Position numbers and translations under genes: made by a program
Part shown: one piece after another, positions 37,701 through 47,766 of the stretch
Numbering within the stretch: the first letter of the stretch is position 1
How the letters are laid out: every line of letters starts with the position of its first letter
Assembly: GCA_964016885.1 (NCBI GenBank)
Contig: OZ024741.1
Location: 304,048,001-304,112,000 of the forward strand
Direction of reading: 5' to 3'
Length of the DNA: 64,000 bases
Origin: Eledone cirrhosa
Lineage: Eukaryota
The notes under the pieces: model-generated
Database searches by the model: none
What the model saw: the letters and a program-made list of their open reading frames with translations, nothing else
What the model was told of the DNA's origin: nothing

Positions 37701-38284
37701 TACGTTGGTATGGACACGTGATGCGCATGAAAGTCGATAGCTGTATAACAAAGTGCAGGGCAATAAAGATAGACGGTAGCCACGGAATAGGCAGACCTAG
37801 AAAAACCTGGGACGAGCTGATAAACTCCGACCTCACACACTTACACCTCTCCAAGACAATGTCACTGGACCGAGACCTTTGGCGGTACTCAGTAACAGAG
37901 AAGACCCGCCTTGCCAGTAGGCATCTCTAACAAAATACACCCCGTCCCACCACCACCACCCCCACCCCATCCACACCACCCCGTCCTATGTAAAGTTATG
38001 TTGGTGCCGCGCCATCCGGGCCGAAACAAATGAGATCGTGTAGGTGTCACGACAAAAAAACACACAGTCCACGCTGTAATGTGGCCGTGTAGGCAACACG
38101 GTAAAAACCTCCCAGACCCACACTGTAAATGTGGTTGGTGTTAGGAAGGGCATCCAACTGTAGAAAACCTGCCAGACAGTCCTATGCGAGCAAGACAATC
38201 ACTCTTGCCTCAAGTGGGACTACCCCCGTCCAAACCCATGCAAGCGTGGAACACGGACGTTAAACGTTGATGATGATGATGATG
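34784..38284 (+). mobile_element. RTE-clade LINE, near full length with intact ORF, antisense in a ZMYND11 intron
   Basis: One uninterrupted ORF, a 3' UTR of about 350 nt ending in (GAT)n, and ATGTATGA duplicated at 34776-34783 and 38285-38292 (TSD). Confidence 0.95.
34817..37930 (+). CDS. RTE ORF: AP endonuclease + reverse transcriptase + PHD-type finger (1037 aa from first ATG)
   Basis: APE motifs (TINVGTL, CIQETRW, SAYAPQ, GDLNGH, DYIL, SQH); RT motifs (FVDLEKAFDRV, GVHQGSVLSPLLF, YADD); C4HC3 cluster; C-terminal RLRWYGHV and GRPRKTW. The ORF-track TTG start at 34802 lies upstream of the first ATG. Confidence 0.95.
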   Translation: MANITPSPPAPHHPHPPNAIQNFRVGTINVGTLKGRANEVVEMLERKEVDVCCIQETRWRGGSARFIEGKKRCYKLFWVGNDDGLGGVGIMVAEKWADKIIDVNRVNDRIIKIRLVLNRTTVTVISAYAPQSGLPGTIKDRFYETLMLTTSQISDSDYIIIAGDLNGHVGQHCDGYDEIHGGYGFGTRNEEGSRILEFCDANNLTICNTNFKKRDNHLITYRSGEHTSQVDYILTRRRDRVSVVNTKSLPHEECTSQHRLIISDLIVRSRRTRQQKRTILRRKIWKLKDPTAKNKFQNILLDAFDSKEEHLESDNIEGQWEFLKANLLLATDEVCGWSRPVGRRRVTWWWNSKVEESIKAKKQAWKVWRDGGSRVDYQVARREARREVYLARREAEERKFKHVLQRDDQKREVFRIARQCVKENRDIVGEKCVLNDDGILAITDTDKKAAWKCHYERLLNEENKWEKDSLPHVDPIEGPAVLVEGSIISKAIKDMKTGKAAGPSEIVAEMLKASGTVGHTMVTRIVNQVVQNGVVPKDWHSSIIVNCYKGKGDALDRSNYRGIKLIDQVMKVTEKVIAQLIRERIDLDEMQFGFVSGKSTTDALFIVRQLQEKYLAKGKPLYLAFVDLEKAFDRVPRSIIWWALRKLGVDEWLVRAIQAMYKETVSKVRINNEYSEEFSVKVGVHQGSVLSPLLFIIALQAITEEFKTGCPWELLYADDLTLIAESMAELEKKFQTWKHGLESKGLKINLAKTKVLVCRKENKAAVPSGKWSCSVCRKGVGRNSILCPKCKVWVHKRCSGFTGKLTKNIDFTCGRCSGAIGSSKCPHNTSSFNCAEGSIDIVDSFRYLGDKISSGGGCSESTVARVRTGWKKFRELIPLLAAKGFSLKMKGRLYDACIRTAMLHGSETWALCAEDIRRLERNEACMLRWMCNSNIRERQSINELRKKLEIRGIRCCLLERRLRWYGHVMRMKVDSCITKCRAIKIDGSHGIGRPRKTWDELINSDLTHLHLSKTMSLDRDLWRYSVTEKTRLASRHL

Positions 38285-39390
38285 ATGTATGAACAATTTT
38301 AGATGAAAAAGGGACAATTTCAAGTTGGTATCAAAAAGCTTAAACATTAAGGTACTAAAAATCCATGTGGTAAAGAAAAAAGGACTAGCAGATTCATTTC
38401 TTAATTTAAATTTCCAGATAAATTTTTGTTATAGTTATGAAATTTTGACATTTCCCTTATCTTCCTCTGGCTTTCAGCTTCAATGTAGTTAAAATCATGA
38501 AGAAAAAATTTGAATGTAATATTTTATATTAGTTTCAAGTTACAAAGAGTTAGCTCCCTTCCAAATTCACATGCTATCTAGACACCGCTCTGACTTAGGT
38601 GTAAAGGCTAAACCCTAACCCTCCTTTTCCCCTTTCTTTCTTCTGTTGCCTCATAGTCCTTGGTCTTACCCTCCCTTTCTTCTCATGGCATTTATAGTTC
38701 CTTTTCTTTCCTATACAGCCAAATATGTCTTTCACCCCATTATTTTTCATTACTTAATTTTGTTTTTATCTTTTTTTTTTAAATATTTCCATCATTGTAT
38801 AACTTCTGTCAGTGAAATATAGTTGGCATAATACGTTTATGTATAACAGATAACAAAATAAAATAAGAGATTCTTTGATTGAAAAAAAAAAGTACAAAAA
38901 CAACTATGTATTAGTCTATCATGAGTAGATTTCATTTGAAGACTTCCTCTACAGCTAGGTAAACTGAAGCAATATAGAATTGTTTTGTTCTAAGACCACC
39001 ACCACCACCACCACCACATGCAATGAGATATCTCCTATTCAACATCCCTTCAACATCTTCCAGTAGTGGATTATGAGTAATGCCACTGAAGACCATGTGG
39101 GCATAGTTACCATTGGAGAGAGTTTATCACCATTTAATGTCTGTTTTCCTTGCTAGCAAAGGTTGGATGGGTTTTCACTGACCGAATCAATACTCAAGCA
39201 GAGCTACTAAACTCTCAGATGGGCCAGGGGCCTGCATCTTGCTTATGTCCCGCTGTCTTCTGAATGTTATTGTGGTACCAATACTAGGGAGTTTGTGTGT
39301 GTATATATTTCTTTAAAACCTTTTCTTTTCTTTTCTTTTCTTTTTAGCTATTCTTATAAACATTTCAATCCCTCGATTTTCTCTGGACTA

Positions 39391-39441
39391 CATCTGTACT
39401 GAAGATGCCAATTAAGGTGGAAATATCAATATCTACAGATG
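39391..39441 (+). ncRNA. Minimal type I hammerhead ribozyme-like motif
   Basis: catctgta-CTGAAGA-tgcc aattaa ggtg-GAAA-tat ca at-ATC-tacagatg; perfect 8-bp stem I, intact core, AUC cleavage triplet. Confidence 0.7.
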
Positions 39442-40205
39442 GACTGTTTAATGATTCTAGCTTACAGAATTTATTTTCTTTTATTAAGAATATAAAGAAG
39501 ACACTGGAATTATTTGTTGTCGTTTTATTGTGGTGACCTAAGCAGGCATCTCTCTCTCCTCTTTACAAATCGACCATCCAAAACCCATTACTGCCATCAT
39601 TACTGACTATACAGGCCCATTAATATATGTCCGAAACACCAAACTTTCTTCTACGCATGCAACTAATAAGACTTTGTGTTGTTGCATCTCTAGTGTTTGT
39701 CTTGTCATTTCTTGAACTATATATATATATATATATAAGCTGTCAATATTGATGACAATAGTGTTGAATATATTTTATTTTGGGAGTCAAAATTAAATAT
39801 ATACAAGGATTGCTGGATATGTGAACAATCACACAAACTGCGAGATTTACATTTTGATAAATTAATGCTTTGCATAAGAGACACCCCATAGTTTATGTTG
39901 TCTACTGACATGTGGGAGAAATTAAAAATAAAACTTTATTAATAATTGTTTCTACTTTTGGCACAAGGCCAGCAATTACCCAGTGCATTACTGTAATAAT
40001 AATTGATTTTTAGAATATAATTATATAAATGTTCAGCATAGATGTACAAATGACATACAGGATTAAATGCATGTGTAACTTTTAAGACATAACTATTTTC
40101 AGGGACAAACCCAGGACCTTGTGATTGGTAAACAGACTTCTAATTGTAGAAACATGACTGAGATAGGAAATACAGTGTGTATTTTTGTGTTCTTAAATCT
40201 TAAAG

Positions 40206-40276
<71 letters not shown>

Positions 40277-40278
<2 letters not shown>

Positions 40279-41437
40279 TCATCATCATCATCATCATCAC
40301 CGTTTTACGTCCGTTCTTTCACGCTAGCATGGGTTAAACGGGTTGTCCTGTTGTGGGCAGTGTCTGGTCAGCTGACCATGCCTTGCTCATACAGGAACTG
40401 ATTTTGGCTTGATTTCTACAGCTGGATGCCCTTCCTAACACCAACCTCATTTACAGTGAGTGCTGGGTGCTTTTTCGTGGCGCCTACACGTCCACTTTAC
40501 AGTGTGGGCTGGGTGCTTTTTTGCCGTGACACCTCCACGACCACCTTGCAGTGGGGGCATATTGTCTATATGCTTCAGCTTGTACCCATGGGAGGTCGGG
40601 TACTCTGTATTACTGCGTGATGCCAAAGGTCACGGTCGTGTGTCATCCATCGCCTTTGAGAGGTGTAATTGGGTAAGGTCATCTTGAGGTGTAATTGGGT
40701 AACCACATTCCAGGTCATCTTGGGTCTCCCCACTCCGCGGTTTCCATCGACTTCTAGTGCTCTGCGCCGTTTTATGCAGCTGTCATCCTTCATACGCATC
40801 ACATGTCTATACGAATGCAACCGCCTCTCCTGCACACAACATTTGATTCCTCTTATACTCAGCCTCTCACTAAATTCATTTATGCTTTGTCGTTCGCGTA
40901 TATTACTATACATATCCTTCGGAGCATGCAGGCTTCGTTTCTCTCTAATCTACGTAAGTCTTCCACATTCAGCGCTCAGGTCTCACTACCATGTAACATT
41001 GCTGTTCGGATATACGCATCATACAGTCTGCTTTCATTTTGAGGGAGAAGCCTTTTGCAGCTAGCAGTGGTAGTAGTTCCCTGAACTTCTTCCATCCCGT
41101 TCTTACCCTAGTTATTGTACTTTCTGAACACCCACCTCCGCTGCTAATTCGGTCACCTAGATAGCAGAAGCTGTCTACTGTCTCTACAGAGCCCTCTCAG
41201 AGTTTGGTGGTACTTGTTTCCTGTGGCTGTTTGCTGCTTGCTGCCCCAGTACAGCTGCTGCATGTGAAGCCTACATTCTTAATTAAGCTTCCTGAGATCC
41301 CGCTACATCTCTTGTGTACCCATTGTTTGCATTTGGGGCAGAGAATGGAGTTCCTACCTACACCTTTCCTACATACTGAGCAAGGCCATTTCCCTGAGTG
41401 GATCTGGGTTCTGTTTTCTCATCTACTTACAAGGACC
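40277..41437 (-). mobile_element. 5'-truncated RTE LINE, inverted relative to the intact copy in the same intron
   Basis: PHD region to 3' UTR and (CAT)n tail; nearly co-linear with 4390-5500. Confidence 0.9.
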
Positions 41438-41540
41438 TATATATATATATATAAAACATACAAATACAAAATACATGACATTATCATGGTTGACATATAT
41501 ATGTGTGTGTGATGTAGAGATAATAGAAGCAGTCACTCAC

Positions 41541-41663
41541 CACAGTTGGAACTGCTTGACAAGCAGTATGCTTATAGGAAACCTTTGAAGGACGAGGTGC
41601 AGGACTGGTTGATATCTTATCTACACTTGAAGAGACAACATTCACATTTTCTGGGGTCAGTAT
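41541..41663 (-). CDS. ZMYND11: ZMYND11 exon (Ser/Pro-rich linker)
   Basis: Polypyrimidine tract and tag|ILTPENVNVVSSSVDKISTSPAPRPSKVSYKHTACQAVPTV|gtgagt; 123 nt, phase 0/0; VSSS as in the human linker. Confidence 0.75.
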
Positions 41664-42456
41664 CTATTATAAAAATAAAAAACACAGTAAAACTGTGAAG
41701 TGGTATCACTCAATGTCTACTTGTTGCTGAAAAAAAATGCAAAGATTAGCTCTTTTAACAATGTTTTAATTCTAATACAACAAATTTCCACAACAATCTA
41801 TACGCTAGTAAAGATACTAGGCTAAAGATCCCCTTCAGTTATAAATAACCTTGGGATTTGCACCTAGAAAGTTCCCCTCAAAGGCATAAGTCTAGGAAAG
41901 GCTGTTTGTGGAAGACCAGCTTTTGTCCATGCATACCAGTCTCCCCTCTGCACACCACCAATGTTGTCCAAGGGCAAGGCAATGGCCAATACAACTTGGC
42001 ACCAGTGACATCACAACTCATTTCTACAGCTGAGTAAACTGAAACAACATGAAATAAAATGTCTTGCTCAAGGACACAACGCATCTCCTGGTTCGTGAAT
42101 TGAATTTACAACCTCACAATGGCAAACCCAGAGCTCTAACCACTAAGCCATGTGCCTTCACATACTAAAGATACTGTGAACATTTAAGTTAATAAACCTG
42201 TTTTTGATATTTTCAGCTAAATCATTATAGCATGTTAACTCTTAACATCCTGAACCTCATGAAACAGCATTAGTAAGATATTCTTGAAATGTACAAAACA
42301 ACACTATGACTGTATCACATAAAAATTTTGAGGTCTTTAGTTTACTGCAAAATTTCACAACAATCTCACCACTTGTAAAGGTACTATAAACATTTAAATG
42401 AACAAGCCCATTTTTAGATATTCTCTGCTAAATGATTGCAGGATATAAAGAGTTAA

Positions 42457-42664
42457 CCCTTTAGTATTTACATTACTTTATATTTAGTATTGCATTGTCA
42501 CGGTAAAGGCTTTATCGCACATAATATCGACTCTATGAAATTTTGATATTATTTATTTTGAGAACAATACCTTAACATAAGTATGAGTGGTCAGTTATGG
42601 TCAGTTTGAACAGAAAGAGGTGAGAGAATTCTGGCTAGATACGACCAGTTTGAATGCTAAAGGG
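42457..42664. mobile_element. piggyBac-like MITE, family A, about 20 bp from a ZMYND11 donor site
   Basis: TTAA|ccctttagtattta...tgaatgctaaaggg|TTAA. Confidence 0.82.
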
Positions 42665-42686
42665 TTAAAGAAAATATATCCATTAC

Positions 42687-42937
42687 CTTTGTTTTCAGCT
42701 TAGATGTATTTTTGTGTGGTGCAACACTAGTTGAAGTGACTTCACGGGTTTCTGTTTCATCATCTGCTTCTTCGTCATCCTCCTCATCATCATCCTCATC
42801 TTCATCCTCGTCATTTTCTTCATCCTCTTCTTCCTCCATGTTTTCTATATCACTGTCTCCATTGTTGCTGCTTTCATCCACCTGTTCTTCTAGCAACTGG
42901 CAATGTAGATTCAGCTCTTCACAGGCTTTTATAAACC
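42687..42937 (-). CDS. ZMYND11: ZMYND11 exon (PWWP end plus acidic tract)
   Basis: (G)FIKACEELNLHCQLLEE (human GWKKACDELELH), then a D/E tract, ending KLKTK|gtaatg; phase 1 to 0. Confidence 0.9.
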
Positions 42938-43496
42938 CTGTAACAGAAACACCACAAATGCAGAGGAGTTTTTCATTAGTTAGTCTGAAAGATAAGGCTG
43001 TGAATTGACAGAGTGGTTAGGGCATTGGATAAAAAATTCCTATATTTGTTGCAGCTTACTACACTCTCAGTTCAAATCCTGCTGAGGGTAACTTCATCCT
43101 TTTGAGGTCATTAAATACTAATCCAGTACTGAGGCTAATTCTTCCTCTATATCTCTCTGTCTCCTTCACTGGAAGAAATCAGCTGTTTTCAGACCTGGAG
43201 AAGGATGGGCTCTGTCAGATTTTAAATGCTCAAGACATATTGTGTGTCAGGACAGTGCCCATACAGCTCCATCAGGATGGGGAGTGTAAGGGTTGTGTGT
43301 TAATCCAGTGGCATAGTTAAAGAGTGTTCCAACCAGCCCTTGAGTTCTCCCCTCCCATACCACCACCACTTCCTCATACCACCACAACAGACCTAAAAGT
43401 GCCCCCCAACCCCGTTATACTGCTGGGTTAGTCCACACAATGTTAAACCTTTTGTTTATTTCTTCCTCTCCCTCTTTTACATTTTCCTACACTTAC

Positions 43497-43570
43497 CTTG
43501 GGTTCGTTTGGCTGTCACAGTCTTAATATTCACAGAAATGGGTTTAATATATTCTCGTTGGATCAAAGCC
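43497..43570 (-). CDS. ZMYND11: ZMYND11 exon (PWWP, continued)
   Basis: ctag|(R)ALIQREYIKPISVNIKTVTAKRTQ(G)|gtaagt; phase 2 to 1. Confidence 0.9.
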
Positions 43571-43672
43571 CTAGAAATAGAAATAGAGTAAATGGATGAT
43601 ACATAATTTTGTTTGTATACATATTCATAGGTTTCAGTCATTAGACTGCCTATGTCGGGACACTGCCATTAA

Positions 43673-43878
43673 CCCTTTAGCATTTAAACTGACCGTATCC
43701 AGACAGAATTCTCTCACCTCTTTCCGTTCAAACCGACCGTAACTGGCCACTCATACTGATGTTAAGGTATTGTTCTCCAAATAATTAACATCAAAATCTC
43801 ATAGATTTGATATTATGTGAGATAATTATGTAAGTTCTTTATCACAAAAGTACAATAGTATATATAAATGCTAAAGGG
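43673..43878. mobile_element. piggyBac-like MITE, family A
   Basis: TTAA|ccctttagcattta ... taaatgctaaaggg|TTAA. Other copies at 8384-8591, 13498-13726, 42457-42664, and split at 21367-21509 + 23021-23071. Confidence 0.85.
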
Positions 43879-44090
43879 TTAAAGGGATTTAGCTGACCAT
43901 ATCGATCCCAGTACTTATATTTTCTAATATGATACTTATTTTAACAATCTTTTTATATATGCACACTCACACACTAAGATACAAGAATCCTTTTTTTTTT
44001 GCTAAAGAAAATAAAAGAATATAAATAAAAACTGTTTTAAGGGGAGGAAACCCAAATTAAATTTAACTGACTAAGCATACCAACATTATG

Positions 44091-44276
44091 GTGGATTGGC
44101 AGTATCGGTAGAGGGTCGGACGCCATGCTTTGACGCAAAGAGTTACGGCCCTTTCCATTCTGAGTTCAAATGCCGCCGAGGTTAACTTTGCCTTTCATCC
44201 TTACGGGGTCGATAAAATAAAGTACCAGTAATACACTGGGTAATTGCTAGCCTTGTGCCAAAAGTAGAAACAATTA
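44091..44276 (+). mobile_element. tRNA-derived SINE, family 1 (central domain resembles the Meta-SINE domain)
   Basis: A box tggcagtatcgg, B box gagttcaaatgcc, core aactttgcctttcatccttacggggtcgataaaataaagtaccag. Other copies at 34372-34555, 18915-19490 (x3, minus) and 20985-21255. Confidence 0.8.
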
Positions 44277-44610
44277 TATTGGTGGCAAAATGACAGAGTC
44301 GTTAGAACACTGGATACATATAGACATGTAAAGCACTGACATTCTCACCTTCAAACCCACAAGGGAGCACTATGATTGATCCACCTGCTAGAAATAACAG
44401 CAAAATCTTCCTTCAATCACAAGGAAAGGAAAGACACATTGGATAGTGTTGTAGTCATATATACCAGCATATTAAAAAAAGATGGGCTTGTCATGGCTGG
44501 AACAACTTTGATTATAAGACAACTTGATTAGGGCTGACATGGAACCCCTCTGATTATAGGTCTGCTTGATTAGCAGTTAAACTGGGGCTAAACAACAACA
44601 ATGCTCTTAC

Positions 44611-44732
44611 CTTTGATGGTAACCCCCAAAAAAGCGGACGTCATGTTTACAATCTTCCGTTACCCGAATGACTTTGGCAGGCCAATAGCTAAAGCCTTTC
44701 AGTTTTGCGTAAACAAGTTCATGGGGTGGTTT
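44611..44732 (-). CDS. ZMYND11: ZMYND11 exon (PWWP)
   Basis: [41 protein letters not shown]; aromatic cage F/W/F retained; phase 0 to 2. Confidence 0.95.
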
Positions 44733-45204
44733 CTGAAACATCAAAAAGAAGTATTGTAAGTCTAGAAATCTAACAAGTGCATTTATCATCATTTAATGCT
44801 TGTCTTCCCTGTTAGCAAGGGTTAGATGGGTCTTCACAGACCATGTCAGTATTCAAGCAGAGCTACTGACCTTTCAGATGAAACAGAGGCCTACATCTCA
44901 CTTACATATGTTTTCACACACTACCAAATGCATTTTATCATGGCACCTGCACTAAGTTGGCTGTCTTTTCTTTGACATAGCTGAAAAATTTCTCCGACCC
45001 ATTGTTTGGCAGGTTTTCTGCAGCTGGAAGTCCTTCCTATCACCAACCATTTTACAGAATGTACTGGATGCATTTATCATATAGATCACCAACATTAGGG
45101 AGGTTGTCATGTCTTTGACACAATTGAAGTTCTCTCGAGCCTTCTGTTGACAAGCTTTCTATGGCTGGATCACCTCCCAATCACCAACCATACATTTATT
45201 CAGA

Positions 45205-45360
45205 AACTAATATTTAAATCATCCATTCACTAATCAATGTTTAAACCATCCATTCAGTAACAATATTTTAGCCATCCATTCAGTAATCAGTGTTTAAACC
45301 ATCCATTTAATAACCAGTGTTTAAACCATTCATTTAATAACAATATTTTAGCCATCCATG
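45205..45360. repeat. Degenerate ~27-bp tandem repeat
   Basis: ccatccattcagtaa(t/c)cagtgtttaaa-like unit, about 5-6 copies. Confidence 0.75.
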
Positions 45361-45464
45361 CAATATACTCATAATGATAACCTATCAAAAATCACCTTCA
45401 TCAGGTTGTGTTTTAATACAAAACAATCATTGTAAGATTTTGTATTGGATTTCAGATTTCTGTC

Positions 45465-46749
45465 ATTATGACGATATCTTATGTAATGACCAAGGTATCT
45501 AACATCATTTACCTACACATGATGATATCTCATGTAATGACCAAGGTAGCTAATATCATTTACCTACACATGACAATATCTCATGTAATGACCAAGGTAG
45601 CTAATATCATTTATCTACACATGACGATATCTCATGTAATGACCAAGGTATCTAACATCATTTATCTACACATGACGATATCTTATGTAATGACCAAGGT
45701 ATCTAACATCATTTATCTACACATGATGATATCTCATGTAATGACCAAGGTATCTAATATCATTTATCTACACATGACGATATCTCATGTAATGACCAAG
45801 GTAGCTAATATCATTTACCTACACATGACGATATCTCATGTAATGACCAAGGTAGCTAATATCATTTATCTACACATGACGATATCTCATGTAATGACCA
45901 AGGTATCTAATATCATTTACCTACACATGATGATATCTCATGTAATGACCAAGGTATCTAATATCATTTACCTACACATGACGATATCTCATGTAATGAC
46001 CAAGGTATCTAACATCATTTATCTACACATGACGATATCTTATGTAATGACCAAGGTATCTAACATCATTTATCTACACATGACGATATCTTATGTAATG
46101 ACCAAGGTAGCTAATATCATTTACCTACACATGATGATATCTCATGTAATGACCAAGGTATCTAATATCATTTACCTACACATGATGATATCTTATGTAA
46201 TGACCAAGGTATCTGATATCATTTACCTACACATGACAATATCTCATGTAATGACCAAGGTATCTGATATCATTTACCTACACATGACAATATCTCATGT
46301 AATGACCAAGGTATCTAATATCATTTATCTACACATGACAATATCTCATGTAATGACCAAAGTATCTAATATCATTTACCTACACATGATGATATCTCAT
46401 GTAATGACCAAAGTATCTAATATCATTTACCTACACATGATGATATCTCATGTAATGACCAAGGTATCTAATATCATTTACCTACACATGATGATATCTC
46501 ATGTAATGACCAAGGTATCTAATATCATTTACCTACACATGATGATATCTCATGTAATGACCAAGGTATCTAATATCATTTACCTACACATGATGATATC
46601 TCATGTAATGACCAAGGTATCTAATATTATTTACCTACACATGATGATATCTCATGTAATGACCAAAGTATCTAATAGCATTTACCTACACATGATGATA
46701 TCTCATGTAATGACCAAGGTATCTAATATCATTTACCTACACATGATGA
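45465..46749. repeat. 51-bp minisatellite, about 25 copies
   Basis: Unit atgacgatatctcatgtaatgaccaaggtatctaatatcatttacctacac; about two degenerate units continue at 47767-47860. Confidence 0.97.
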
Positions 46750-47766
46750 TCAAATGTTTCCTGACAGACAGAACCCAACATGTTGTAGTCGAAGGAGTAA
46801 AATCAAGCCCTGCCAAAGTCAGCAGTGGCGTCCCACAAGGCACTGTGTTGGGCCCACTTCTTTTCATCATCTACATTAATGACATTACTGACATCATCAA
46901 GCACAGCAACATAAGAATCTTCGCAGATGATTCTAAGCTCCAAAGGATCATCAATGGGGTGGGTGACCGGACTTGCCTTCATTCAGACCTACTGGCTGTT
47001 ATCCAATGGGCAAAAATGAACAATATGCTGTTGAATGAGGATAAGTTTCAGTTAATCCACTTTGGAAAAAAGGATGCCCTGAAAATACCAAACTCTCTTC
47101 CTTCAGGTGAAACTCTCATGGCATCCAACAACATCAGCGACTTGGGAGTAATTGTGGACAACAACATAAGCTGGGCCACTCATATAAACAGCAAAGTTGA
47201 CATGGCCCGCAAAATGTGTTCCTGGATTTTCAGAACCTTCCAGTCGAGAGATATCCACAATGTTATCCTTCTCTTCTCCACTTTTGCCCGACCCCACTTT
47301 GAATACTGTTGTCCACTGTGGTCACCCCACACGAAACAAAGTATCATGAAAGTTGAAGCACCCCAAAGATAAATTACAAAAAAGATAGATGAAAATATTC
47401 CATCAGCTCTGCCCAAATGATGTTGGCATCATCTTTAATGTAAACCCAACGCTTGGGCTCCGTGCTATCCGCCCACGACAAAAATCTCACTCTCATCTCA
47501 TAACAACAATACAGCACAATTATTTCACCTCAATTGGACCCGCTCTCTTTAACATTACACAAAAACACATTAAAATAGAAACAGACCCCATCAAGTTCAA
47601 GAAGTCCCGGATAAGCCTCCTACACCTGGATATGCCTCCGTAAACAATAACTCTCTACTTGAGTGGGCCATGGTGCCCAAATCCTGATTTTAAAGACTTC
47701 GCCAGGTGAAGCTATTAAGTTAGACATGGCCTGGGGCAATACTGGCCGAAAGTTATCAAAGTTATC
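46750..47766 (+). mobile_element. 5'-truncated CR1-clade LINE inserted in the 51-bp array
   Basis: FLTDRTQHVVV, SGVPQGTVLGPLLF, FADD, DLGV, RPHFEYCCPLWSPH; stop at 47372; tail (aaagttatc)x2 at about 47749-47766. Confidence 0.9.

Noticed and set aside
41664-41728. Alternative acceptor (ttttttttcag) 63 nt upstream of the linker exon
   Set aside because: Use gives QQVDIE then TGA; no support without RNA data.
45465-46749. Palindromic repeat array beside a reverse transcriptase, superficially CRISPR- or retron-like
   Set aside because: Units are contiguous with no unique spacers, there are no cas genes, the context is a eukaryotic intron, and the RT is a truncated CR1-clade LINE.
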